From: Cyanobacteria bacterium P01_F01_bin.150
GTDB taxonomy: Bacteria > Cyanobacteriota > Cyanobacteriia > CAKZMO01
NCBI GenBank assembly: GCA_039189765.1
Contig: JBCCYL010000011.1
Span: 1-64,000 of the forward strand
Length of the DNA: 64,000 nt
Direction: 5' to 3'
The number at the start of each line of letters is the position of its first letter. Position 1 is the stretch's first letter. Of this stretch, positions 10,504 through 19,179 are shown in pieces. A program made the position numbers and the translations under genes. The notes beneath the pieces are model-generated. The model ran no database searches. It worked only from the letters and a program-made list of their open reading frames with translations, and was not told the DNA's origin.

Positions 10504-10656
10504 AGCTTAAACCTAGAGCAATAATCTCAACCTTACAAATCAATCTAAGATGCGCAGAAGCGATGATAACCTAATTTTTATCCGCCTATGTTTTTCAACA
10601 TGGAACAGGATTCGAACCTGCAACTCTTCTTAAGCGCTGAGTTTAAGCCTGTGCTC
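10504..10656 (-). ncRNA. tRNA-mimic RNA, module A, with possible pseudoknot
   Basis: Identical T-arm (10605-10621), CCATGTT-GAAA-AACATAGG hairpin, GATAA...TTATC D-like hairpin, closed by AGAAG/CTTCT; GAGCA/TGCTC and GCTTAAAC/GTTTAAGC pairings cross. Confidence 0.6.
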
Positions 10657-10664
10657 AATAACCA

Positions 10665-10931
10665 TTATAAGCAGGATCGTTCTTGGGTTGCACAGAGGTT
10701 AAATAACTCGGTGCAAGCCTCTTGAAATTGCTGAATCAGGCTATCCGCTTTCATTTGTACTGATTTGGATTCTTGAGGATACACATATCCATCTTCATTC
10801 CGTGGCTCATAGGTTCGACTCAATCCTTTGAATAGCTCTGTTTTCTGAGCAAGCTGCTGAACTGATACTTTAGCTTTGTTAGACTTGCTCTTGGCGGATT
10901 GAAGGATTGCAATTAACTGATGAATCTTCAT
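10665..10931 (-). pseudogene. N-terminal fragment of a conserved uncharacterised protein (recalled as DUF7873-like, ~240 aa when intact)
   Basis: MKIHQLIAI...QKTELFKGLSRTYEPRNEDG..YPQESKSVQ...LFNLCATQE resembles the recalled MxKLNQIIA...GISRTYxPKDEEG...PPES N-terminus; stops after 88 aa. Confidence 0.55.
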
Positions 10932-10982
10932 TTTTGTCGTGCCTCACTGTTCTATGATTTAAGATTGAACCGCAGCGTATTA

Positions 10983-13067
10983 TCAAGCGGCCTCTTTACC
11001 TAAAAATGGGGGAATTGGACAGCCAAGAGAAATCACGATCGCCCTTAATAGTTCTGCTTCCTTCACCGTCACTTCCCCATCTAAAAGAGCTGTATAAGCG
11101 CAAGCATCCACCATCGATTGCTTGACTTTGGGGGCTGCACTCATTAATACTTTAAGGCTTTTGCCAATGCTGGGAATATTGGCAGGTAGAGGCTGGGACG
11201 GAATTTCGTGCTTACTGGATCCAGCCAATCGTTCTGCCCCAGCTTGAAAGGCTTCAGTGGTTTGGTCCAGAGAGCTGTGACCCACATTGGCTAAACCAGA
11301 CAAAATAGTAAGGCAATCCTCCCATACGCTGTCGATAGACGTATGGGTAATTTTAGTATGGGGCTTGGTACTGAAATAGGGTTCCAAACGTAGCATCAGC
11401 ACCACTTGCAGCGTATATTCCGATAGCGATAGGTGACCATCTGCTTGGACCAGTGCTTGAATTTGTTTGAGAAAGCGAACATAGTCCACTTTGGTTAAAT
11501 TTCGCAGGACCGGAATCGTGAGTTCGACAATAGGTAGACGAGTGCGGGGGTTAAGCTTATGGACTAACTGAGCCATATGAACAATGGTTTTTAGGGCTTC
11601 TGAGGATTCGGTTTGCTTCAGTTGCGTAACTTGGCGATCGCGCACAGCTTTATCTTTAAAATCCAGCAGCAGCGCATAAATGATAGCCTTCGCTCCTACG
11701 GATGTCTTGAGAGCGGATTTAAGCCCATCGGGGAGTTGAGCTAGGAGCAATCGCGCATAGTCTAAATGAGCCTGATCGATGATGCCAAGCTGAGTAACCA
11801 CCGTTTCGGGATTGGCATAAAGCATGGAGGAATTTGGGAGTTGGGAGTTGGGAGTTGGGAGTTGGGACGGGTGGCCTGTAGGTTGGGTTTCCTCCGTCAA
11901 CCCAACATTCTGATTCGTGGTGGGTGTTGGCGTTGTTGATGGCGGTGGGGTGGGGCCTGCGAATCCGACTGCTGCGGTTGCTAGGGAAGCGGTGGGGGCG
12001 GTGGAGGCAGTAAAGGCAGTGGAGGTAGTAAAGGCAGTGGAGGACGGTTGAGTTCTGCTGTAAACGGCAGCAATATCAGGGAGATTTTCTAGACGTCTAA
12101 TTCGTTCTTCTAAGGGGGGATGGGTGGCAAAAAGGTTGCTGAATTTAGAGCCGAGGGCTTCCCCGAAAAATAGATGGCTGGCTTCTTCTGCCTTGGGGTT
12201 ACGGATAGTGGACCCACGGGGAAAGCCGCCAATTTTGCGGAGCGCATCGGCAATGCCGTGGGGATTGCGGGTAAACTGCACTGCGGAAGCATCGGCTAAA
12301 AACTCTCGCTGACGGGAGACCGCACTTTTAATCATGCAACCACAGATAAAGCCAATAAACCCGATGGCGGTTAGGGCGATCGCCATAATCACCGTAAAGG
12401 CAACTTTGCCATCCACTCGACTGCGCCGTCGCCCTCCCGAGGACCATATGCCATGCAATATCTCTCGACCCAGCAGATGAATCAGTAAGAGGCCCTGTAG
12501 GATACCGATTAAACGCAGGCTAATCCGCATATCACCATTGATAATATGGCTAAATTCATGGGCAATAACCCCCTGTAGTTCGTCACGATTAAGTTGTTCC
12601 ACACAGCCACGAGTTACACCAATGACCGCATCGTTGATCGTAAATCCGGCGGCAAACGCGTTAATACCCGATTCATAATCCATTACGTAAACCTGGGGGA
12701 CAGGCGCTCCGGAGGCGATCGCCATTTCTTTCACTACATTTAACAAGCGAGTTTCCAGCTCATCTTGGGTTTGATAATCTAGTAAGCGACCGCCCAGACT
12801 GATCGCTACGACTTTGCCTCCACCCCGTAATTGTAGGGTTTTAGTTAGGCTACCCATGCCCACTATTCCTATGACTCCCAGGGTGACACTCAGTAAAATT
12901 TCAGGCTGCCACAGGCTATTTCTATTTATGCCGCTGTCGGAGACCAATAGAGCAACAACAGCGATTCCGTAGATGCTGACGATCATAAGCGCGATCGCCA
13001 GAACAAACACTATCACAAGCTGGATGGTTTTGCGACGAGCGTTGTCTTGATGTTCGAAAAAATTCAT
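10983..13067 (-). CDS. M48-family (HtpX-like) zinc metalloprotease with C-terminal extension
   Basis: MNFFEHQ start, INAFAAG, HEFSH zinc motif, SRQREFLADA, THPPLEERI. Confidence 0.9.
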   Translation of the reverse strand: MNFFEHQDNARRKTIQLVIVFVLAIALMIVSIYGIAVVALLVSDSGINRNSLWQPEILLSVTLGVIGIVGMGSLTKTLQLRGGGKVVAISLGGRLLDYQTQDELETRLLNVVKEMAIASGAPVPQVYVMDYESGINAFAAGFTINDAVIGVTRGCVEQLNRDELQGVIAHEFSHIINGDMRISLRLIGILQGLLLIHLLGREILHGIWSSGGRRRSRVDGKVAFTVIMAIALTAIGFIGFICGCMIKSAVSRQREFLADASAVQFTRNPHGIADALRKIGGFPRGSTIRNPKAEEASHLFFGEALGSKFSNLFATHPPLEERIRRLENLPDIAAVYSRTQPSSTAFTTSTAFTASTAPTASLATAAVGFAGPTPPPSTTPTPTTNQNVGLTEETQPTGHPSQLPTPNSQLPNSSMLYANPETVVTQLGIIDQAHLDYARLLLAQLPDGLKSALKTSVGAKAIIYALLLDFKDKAVRDRQVTQLKQTESSEALKTIVHMAQLVHKLNPRTRLPIVELTIPVLRNLTKVDYVRFLKQIQALVQADGHLSLSEYTLQVVLMLRLEPYFSTKPHTKITHTSIDSVWEDCLTILSGLANVGHSSLDQTTEAFQAGAERLAGSSKHEIPSQPLPANIPSIGKSLKVLMSAAPKVKQSMVDACAYTALLDGEVTVKEAELLRAIVISLGCPIPPFLGKEAA
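11836..11863. repeat. Heptamer tandem repeat (GGGAGTT)x4, STRR-like, inside the protease linker
   Basis: Read directly; encodes SQLPTPNSQLP. Confidence 0.85.
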
Positions 13068-13076
13068 GGGTTTGAC

Positions 13077-13673
13077 CTAGAAGGAGACCTGAGGAGCAGT
13101 CTGAATTTCAGGAGCGTTGTCTTCCAGAAGTTGAGCCGCTGCGAAGTTGAATATGCCTGCAATAATATTGCTGGGAAAGACCTCGCGTTTAGTGTTGTAA
13201 AGAGTGACTGCATCATTAAACGCCTGACGGGCAAAGGAGATTTTATTCTCAGTAGAGGTCAATTCTTCCATTAGTGGCTTCATGCTCCGATCTGCCTTTA
13301 GGTCGGGGTAGACTTCTGCCAATGCAAATAATCGTCCCAGGGAGCCGGTAAGCGCTGCTTCTGCCGCACCTAAGTCTTGCATTACCCTCGGCTCCCCAGG
13401 ATTTTGGGTAGCTTGGGAATGAGCACTCATGGCTGAACCCCGAGCCTTGATGACCGCTTCTAATGTTTCACGCTCGTGCTTCATGTATCCTTTGACGGTT
13501 TCTACCAAGTTGGGTATTAGGTCGTAGCGGCGACGAAGCTGAACATCAATTTGCGCAAAGGCGTTTTTGTAGCGATTACGAAACTTTACTAGGCTGTTGT
13601 AGGCTCCAACTACAATAGATGCCAGAAAAGCAATCAAGGCAAGAAAAACAACAAGGGTAATGATAAGGCCCAT
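13077..13673 (-). CDS. lemA: LemA family protein
   Basis: QIDVQLRRRYDLIPNLVETVKGY..HE motif; N-terminal TM helix. Confidence 0.95.
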   Translation of the reverse strand: MGLIITLVVFLALIAFLASIVVGAYNSLVKFRNRYKNAFAQIDVQLRRRYDLIPNLVETVKGYMKHERETLEAVIKARGSAMSAHSQATQNPGEPRVMQDLGAAEAALTGSLGRLFALAEVYPDLKADRSMKPLMEELTSTENKISFARQAFNDAVTLYNTKREVFPSNIIAGIFNFAAAQLLEDNAPEIQTAPQVSF

Positions 13674-14042
13674 AGGTATAGTGTGATGATGTTAGCAATA
13701 AATACTATCCACCATCCTGCCTAAAGACATGGAAGGCATGGGGGATAAAGTATTTTGGATTCTGTATGGTTATCGGTACGAACTGTATAAGATGACGAAT
13801 ACGTTACATATCGTAGTATTTGCCGCTATCCTAAAATCAGACTACGTTTTGGTCCCATTGTCCCGCTGAGATTGCCATCGGCTGCATAGATGACTGCTTT
13901 TATGGGATACACCAGCCGTACGGCAAAATTTAATGTTTGGAATAACATGATTAGCATTCTTCAAGCCGGAAGTGAGGAAGTGAGGGAAGTTTTTAAACGC
14001 CTCGCCCTGGGACTGTATCAATCAAGGTGATACAATCCACCA

Positions 14043-14126
14043 TGCTAGGGGTGTCTGTGTTTGTCTACAGGCTGAGAGCATACCCTCGGAACCTGAGTCT
14101 GGATCATGCCAGCGGAGGGAAGCTGG
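14043..14126 (+). promoter_or_regulatory. TPP riboswitch
   Basis: CTAGGGGTG...GCTGAGA..ATACCCT..GAACCTGA.TCTGGATCATGCCAGCGGAGGGAAGC consensus. Confidence 0.93.
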
Positions 14127-14288
14127 ATTTGTTTGCACACCTTTTGTGCAGTCATCGTTGTTGACGGTGTTTTATAATCATCCCAAATTTATTTTTGGGA
14201 ACAGTTGATCTTTTTGGATAAACCTCTAGTTCTTGACATGGGGCTCTACCCAATCCCTACATTTTAATTTTGAGAAGAGAGGTCATCT

Positions 14289-15779
14289 ATGACAATTGGA
14301 GCAATTTCGCTCTTGGTGACAGTCATCACTGTCGCGGCGTTTGTACTGTTTGGAGCATTAAAGGCCAGCCAAACAGCCACAAATTTAGAAGATTACATGG
14401 TCAACCGCAACCAAATAGGTCGCTGGATGGCAACGGCAACGGTGGTAGCATCAGCGATGGGGGCTTGGATTTTATTCAGTCCTCCAGAAGCTGGGTCTTT
14501 GTTTGGAGGAATCACCGCTATTCTGGGCTACTGCATTGGTTCCGCAGTGGCGGTTTTTCTGTTTGTTTTTATCGGACCTCGCCTCCGCACCATCATGCCC
14601 ACGGGGCACTCGCTTAATGAGTACGTCCGTCATCGCTTTGGTGGGCCAATGTATTGGCTTACGGAAATTGTGATGGTGTTCTATATGTTTATCTACTTGG
14701 CGGCCGAACTAACGGCGATCGCCAAAGTCCTGGAACTGGTCGCAGATGTGCCGCTAGCGATGACGGCGATCGCCGTTATGATTGCGGTGTTTGTTTACAC
14801 GACCTATGGTGGCTTGCGAGTGACCATTTTGACCGACGCCCTCCAATTTGTGATTATTTTGCCATTGCTGTTGGTGTGTGCGATCGCCACTATCGCAGCC
14901 TTGGGTGGATTTGGTAATGCCATCCAGCCCATTGTAGATAATGCCCCAGAGTTGCTGTCCTTTGGCAATATCGACGGCATTCGCTTTGGCCTGACCTTGA
15001 CCATTGCCATTGTGGCAGCAGAGCTATTTAACCAAGGTAATTGGCAGCGGGTCTATGCCTGTCGTGACAATCAAGTCGTACGACAGTCGTTCCTCGGCTC
15101 ATCCTTGATTATTTTGCCAATGGTTTTTATTTCTGGACTATTGGGCCTGATGGCCGTGCAGTTTGAACTAATAGGTGACACCGCATTCTTTGGCCTACTG
15201 CAAGAAATTAATATTGCTGGCTGGGTGATTATTGGGGTCTTAATTTTGGCATTGGCCCTGGTGATGAGCAGTCTGGATACCTTGCTCAATGGTATTGCCA
15301 GCGTGTTCACCATCGATCTGATTAAGTTTATGCCCACAGGCGGAAACGTCCTACGAATGGCACGGATATTAACCGTGTTAGTGGGCATTCCCGCAGTAAT
15401 GATTGCGGCTCAAGGGTTTAGCGTCCTCTATCTGTTTTTTATCGCCGATTTGATTTGTGCAGCGCTGTTGGTTCCAATTATCGTCAGCCTATACAACGCT
15501 AAACAAAGTGCCAACAATGCGTTATGGAGTTCGGCCACAGGAATTGTGGCTGGCCTGCTGTTTTTCCCAAAGGCGGACTTTAGTCCATTATTTGCGATTC
15601 CAGGGGGCGGAGATCTACTCCATAGCTTTGGGGCAGCCTTACTTGTATCTACGGCGATTACGTTGATTTGGGGAGCGCTTGCCTCCGCCAAATCAACTAC
15701 AGTCTTTGACTATCAATCTTTAGATATGATTAAGCCTTATGGCGAAAAAAGAGAACCGCAAGAACCTGCTCTGCATTAA
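14289..15779 (+). CDS. Sodium:solute symporter family transporter (probable thiamine/precursor uptake)
   Basis: Polytopic membrane protein; YTTYGGLRVTILTD, WQRVYA, MSSLDTLL SSS motifs; downstream of TPP riboswitch. Confidence 0.85.
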   Translation: MTIGAISLLVTVITVAAFVLFGALKASQTATNLEDYMVNRNQIGRWMATATVVASAMGAWILFSPPEAGSLFGGITAILGYCIGSAVAVFLFVFIGPRLRTIMPTGHSLNEYVRHRFGGPMYWLTEIVMVFYMFIYLAAELTAIAKVLELVADVPLAMTAIAVMIAVFVYTTYGGLRVTILTDALQFVIILPLLLVCAIATIAALGGFGNAIQPIVDNAPELLSFGNIDGIRFGLTLTIAIVAAELFNQGNWQRVYACRDNQVVRQSFLGSSLIILPMVFISGLLGLMAVQFELIGDTAFFGLLQEINIAGWVIIGVLILALALVMSSLDTLLNGIASVFTIDLIKFMPTGGNVLRMARILTVLVGIPAVMIAAQGFSVLYLFFIADLICAALLVPIIVSLYNAKQSANNALWSSATGIVAGLLFFPKADFSPLFAIPGGGDLLHSFGAALLVSTAITLIWGALASAKSTTVFDYQSLDMIKPYGEKREPQEPALH

Positions 15780-15831
15780 AAATTACTGATATAAATTCCT
15801 AAGGCAGTAAATAAATCACGCTGATATCAAA

Positions 15832-15861
15832 GGCACAGGGATAAACAGTATTCCCTGTGTC
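15832..15861 (+). terminator. Hairpin, probable terminator
   Basis: GGCACAGGG...CCCTGTGTC inverted repeat after the transporter. Confidence 0.5.
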
Positions 15862-16216
15862 TTCTATGATTTCTATCGCTTGGGAGCCATAAAGACAACT
15901 TTTATCTGGGGAAATATATTAACGATTGTGCTTTTAAACAAAAAGTATTGCAGTAATTTTACTTAACGCAATAACAATTTTAGGACAAACTATCCGGACC
16001 CACTACTCTGCATAATGACTAGTAATAAGCTGAGGAAGTTCCCAATCTTGGAGGATTGCATGATTTTTTCACGTTGAGTTCTCTCAACTTTCAGCCCAAA
16101 ATTTGGGTTTTGTTTTAGGCCGAAACCGACTTACGCTCTTGTGGGCACGACCTGCCTACAAAACCTACCTAAAGTTGATAACCCAGATCCTATCAATCGT
16201 CCAAAAAGGATAAAGC

Positions 16217-18637
16217 ATGGATAAGTTAGTCATCTTAGAACTTGAAGGAGATTTCCAGCAGACAGGCTTTAAAGTCACTTTGGACATCCGCAATGACCAA
16301 GGTTCCACAGCTCTTAAGGCCAAAGGACGATTGCCCATTGCTCCTGAGATGGCTCAACATTTACACCACCATTGGAATGAGGCTTATCGATCCCTTGGCC
16401 TGATGGGACGGTTGAAGGAGCAAAAAACGACTTATCAAGGTTCCTCTAATCAGCGCATTGTTGACTGTCGACGGTCCGCAATCGAGTTAATTGATTGTTT
16501 TCAGGACTGGCTCAGTGCCTCATCATTTCAAACGGTTGATCGACGGCTGCGAGAGAGCCTCGACCGAGCGGACACAATCCGATTTTTAATTCGAAGCGAT
16601 GATCTGGATGTGCAACGTTTACCCTGGAGTGAGTGGGATTTTTTTGAACGCTATCCCAGGGCTGAGCTTGCTCTGGGAGCATCAGAATTTGAGGCTCCTT
16701 TTCTGCTCCAAACGCCCTTTCCCGAGGCTCATAAAGCCAGGGCAACGGGGTCCAAGGTAAGAATATTAGCAATATTAGGCCATCGCCAAGGTATTGACCT
16801 TGAAACCGATCGGCAAATTTTAGAAAATTTGCCCCACGCCCAGGTGGAGTTTTTAGTGGAACCCAGTCGTGAAGAGATGAGCGATCGCCTTTGGGAGCAA
16901 CCTTGGGATATTCTGTTTTTCGCCGGTCATAGTGAAACCGACGGTGAGAGTGGCCGAATTTGCATTAATCCAACGGATAGCCTAACCCTGTCTGAACTCA
17001 AATATGGCTTACAAAAAGCGATTCACCATGGACTACAGTTAGCGATTTTTAATTCCTGCAATGGGTTGGGCTTGGTGAGAGAGCTTCAGTCGCTAGCGAT
17101 CGCCCAAATGATTGTAATGCGAGAGCCAATTACTGATAAAGTCGCTCAGGCCTTTCTGCGATATTTTCTTCATGCCTTTTCCCAAGGAGAATCGTTTTAC
17201 CTTGCCACTCGTTATGCCCGTGAACGTCTGGAATCTTTAGAGGGGACTTACCCCTGCGCTAGCTGGCTCCCCATTATTTACCAACATCCCTTGGCGATTC
17301 CTCCTACCTGGGCTAGGCTGCGAGGAGATGTCCCCCCTTCTCAATCCCTGATTACCCCACCATATTCAAAAACGGTTCGTACTTCACACCATGTCCCTGC
17401 GGCAAAATTGGTAAGGCTAGTGGGAATGATAACGTTTGCGATTATGCTGCTGCGATTTAGCGGCATTATGCAAGGATTGGAGCTGGTCGCCTACGACCGC
17501 TTAATTCGAGCACGTCCGGCTGAAACCATTGACGATCGGATTTTGGTCGTTGAGGTCACCCAGGAAGATCTGAATCAATATGGTGGATATCCCCTGCCGG
17601 ATCAGGCATTGGCTAATGCAGTGCAGACATTACAAAAACATAACCCAGTGGCGATCGCCATAGATATGCATCGATATCAGCCACGAGGAGTAGGGCGCGA
17701 CGCTTTTGTCCGGCAGTTTGGGGCACAGCCAAATCTGCTGCTGGCTTGTGCATTTAACGATCCGGATCAAGTCGCGGACCCAGATCATGGTCCCCCTCCT
17801 GAATTTTCGGATAATCAGCGTTGGGAACAGATGGGGTTTAGTAACCTGCCTGTGGATGAATCCACTAGCTTATTTGGATCTATCACCAAAACGTCTGCCT
17901 TACCCCAAGATTTACCCGTTCGCCGCCAGCTATTATCCTATAGTCCAGAATTAGCGACTACGCCTTCTAGCTGTTCCACTCCCTACAGTTTAAGTTTCCA
18001 GCTAGTCTATCGATTCCTGGCCCATAGGGGGATAGAGCCATTACAAGTCAATGCTTCAGGTAATTGGCAGTTGGGTAGAATAGAAATAAGTCCTCTATCA
18101 CAACGGTTTGGTGGTTATCAATTTTTAGATGGCTACAGCGACCAAATTATGCTTAATCCCCGTACTGCGGCTCCTGGTCAGCGAGTTGCTCTGGTTGATG
18201 TCCTCCAAGGAAACATTGGGCCTGCAATGGTGAGCGATCGCGTTATTCTGATTGGCTATGAGGCTCCCATTGCCCGTGACCAGATTCCAACGCCAACGGG
18301 ACAAATATCAGGGGTTTGGGTCCATGCCCATATGACAAGTCAGTTATTAAGTGCAGTACTCGAACAGCGTCCATTAATCTGGGTATTACCACAGTGGCAA
18401 AATATACAATGGGGAGATGGCTTATGGGTGTTATCTTGGTCCTTAGTGGCAGGTAGTATCGTTTATGTCTTGCGGAATCGTTTCCTATGGCTAGTGGGGG
18501 CGATGGCACTGATTGTGATTACTGCGTATTACGTATCGCTAATGATACTTGCTCAGGGTGGTTGGCTACCAATAATTCCTACCGTATGTTCTGTAATGGC
18601 CGTTGGAATTGGTGTGGTGTTACATAGCGATCGCTAA
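16217..18637 (+). CDS. CHAT + CHASE2 domain protein
   Basis: FFAGHSET and AIFNSCNG (caspase-like His/Cys), CASWLP; CHASE2 region (ELVAYD..R, GVWVHAHMTSQL) and 3 C-terminal TM helices. Confidence 0.88.
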   Translation: MDKLVILELEGDFQQTGFKVTLDIRNDQGSTALKAKGRLPIAPEMAQHLHHHWNEAYRSLGLMGRLKEQKTTYQGSSNQRIVDCRRSAIELIDCFQDWLSASSFQTVDRRLRESLDRADTIRFLIRSDDLDVQRLPWSEWDFFERYPRAELALGASEFEAPFLLQTPFPEAHKARATGSKVRILAILGHRQGIDLETDRQILENLPHAQVEFLVEPSREEMSDRLWEQPWDILFFAGHSETDGESGRICINPTDSLTLSELKYGLQKAIHHGLQLAIFNSCNGLGLVRELQSLAIAQMIVMREPITDKVAQAFLRYFLHAFSQGESFYLATRYARERLESLEGTYPCASWLPIIYQHPLAIPPTWARLRGDVPPSQSLITPPYSKTVRTSHHVPAAKLVRLVGMITFAIMLLRFSGIMQGLELVAYDRLIRARPAETIDDRILVVEVTQEDLNQYGGYPLPDQALANAVQTLQKHNPVAIAIDMHRYQPRGVGRDAFVRQFGAQPNLLLACAFNDPDQVADPDHGPPPEFSDNQRWEQMGFSNLPVDESTSLFGSITKTSALPQDLPVRRQLLSYSPELATTPSSCSTPYSLSFQLVYRFLAHRGIEPLQVNASGNWQLGRIEISPLSQRFGGYQFLDGYSDQIMLNPRTAAPGQRVALVDVLQGNIGPAMVSDRVILIGYEAPIARDQIPTPTGQISGVWVHAHMTSQLLSAVLEQRPLIWVLPQWQNIQWGDGLWVLSWSLVAGSIVYVLRNRFLWLVGAMALIVITAYYVSLMILAQGGWLPIIPTVCSVMAVGIGVVLHSDR

Positions 18638-18785
18638 CGCAAAGCTTAATTTTAGATTTATTCCAGAGTTTGCTTCAGGGCGCACCATACGTTCACGTTA
18701 ATGTTTCCCAATGTTTTGCTAAGAGGGTGCCATAACTCTAGGCTTGTATGTTTTCCCGTAGATGTTCCCGCTTCAACTTTGACCT

Positions 18786-19067
18786 ATGAAATATGTTAGC
18801 TGGATGACGGTTCGCTCAGCGAGTTTAATGCTCAAAGCAACCACTCGACTGACTGCTTTGGTTATCTTGACAAGCTGCTCACTTGTGGGAGTAGTAAGTC
18901 AGTTGGCACCTGCTGCTGCGCGACAGTCACCGTCCGTCTTTAACAAATCTGCTATTAGTTCTGCCCAAAACCGTTCAACTGCCCCCCAAGACTTACCCCC
19001 CCCCCCTCATCGTCCCCCCCCGAATCGCACTCGTCCGGGAGGAGGACTAACATCCCTGCTGACTTGA
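18786..19067 (+). pseudogene. Probable DUF928-type gene stub (signal peptide + Pro-rich PPNRTRPGGGL only)
   Basis: Follows the CHASE2 gene; ends right after the Pro-rich RxPGG motif that usually precedes DUF928. Confidence 0.5.
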
Positions 19068-19179
19068 ATTGATGCTCTCCCAACGCCTAGCTTCAATAAC
19101 CCTTTAAGAAATCTGCTAGTAAAAAAGATACCTGAGTTGAGGGTGGATAGGCTGTGCCCGCCCCCCCTTAACTGATCCT

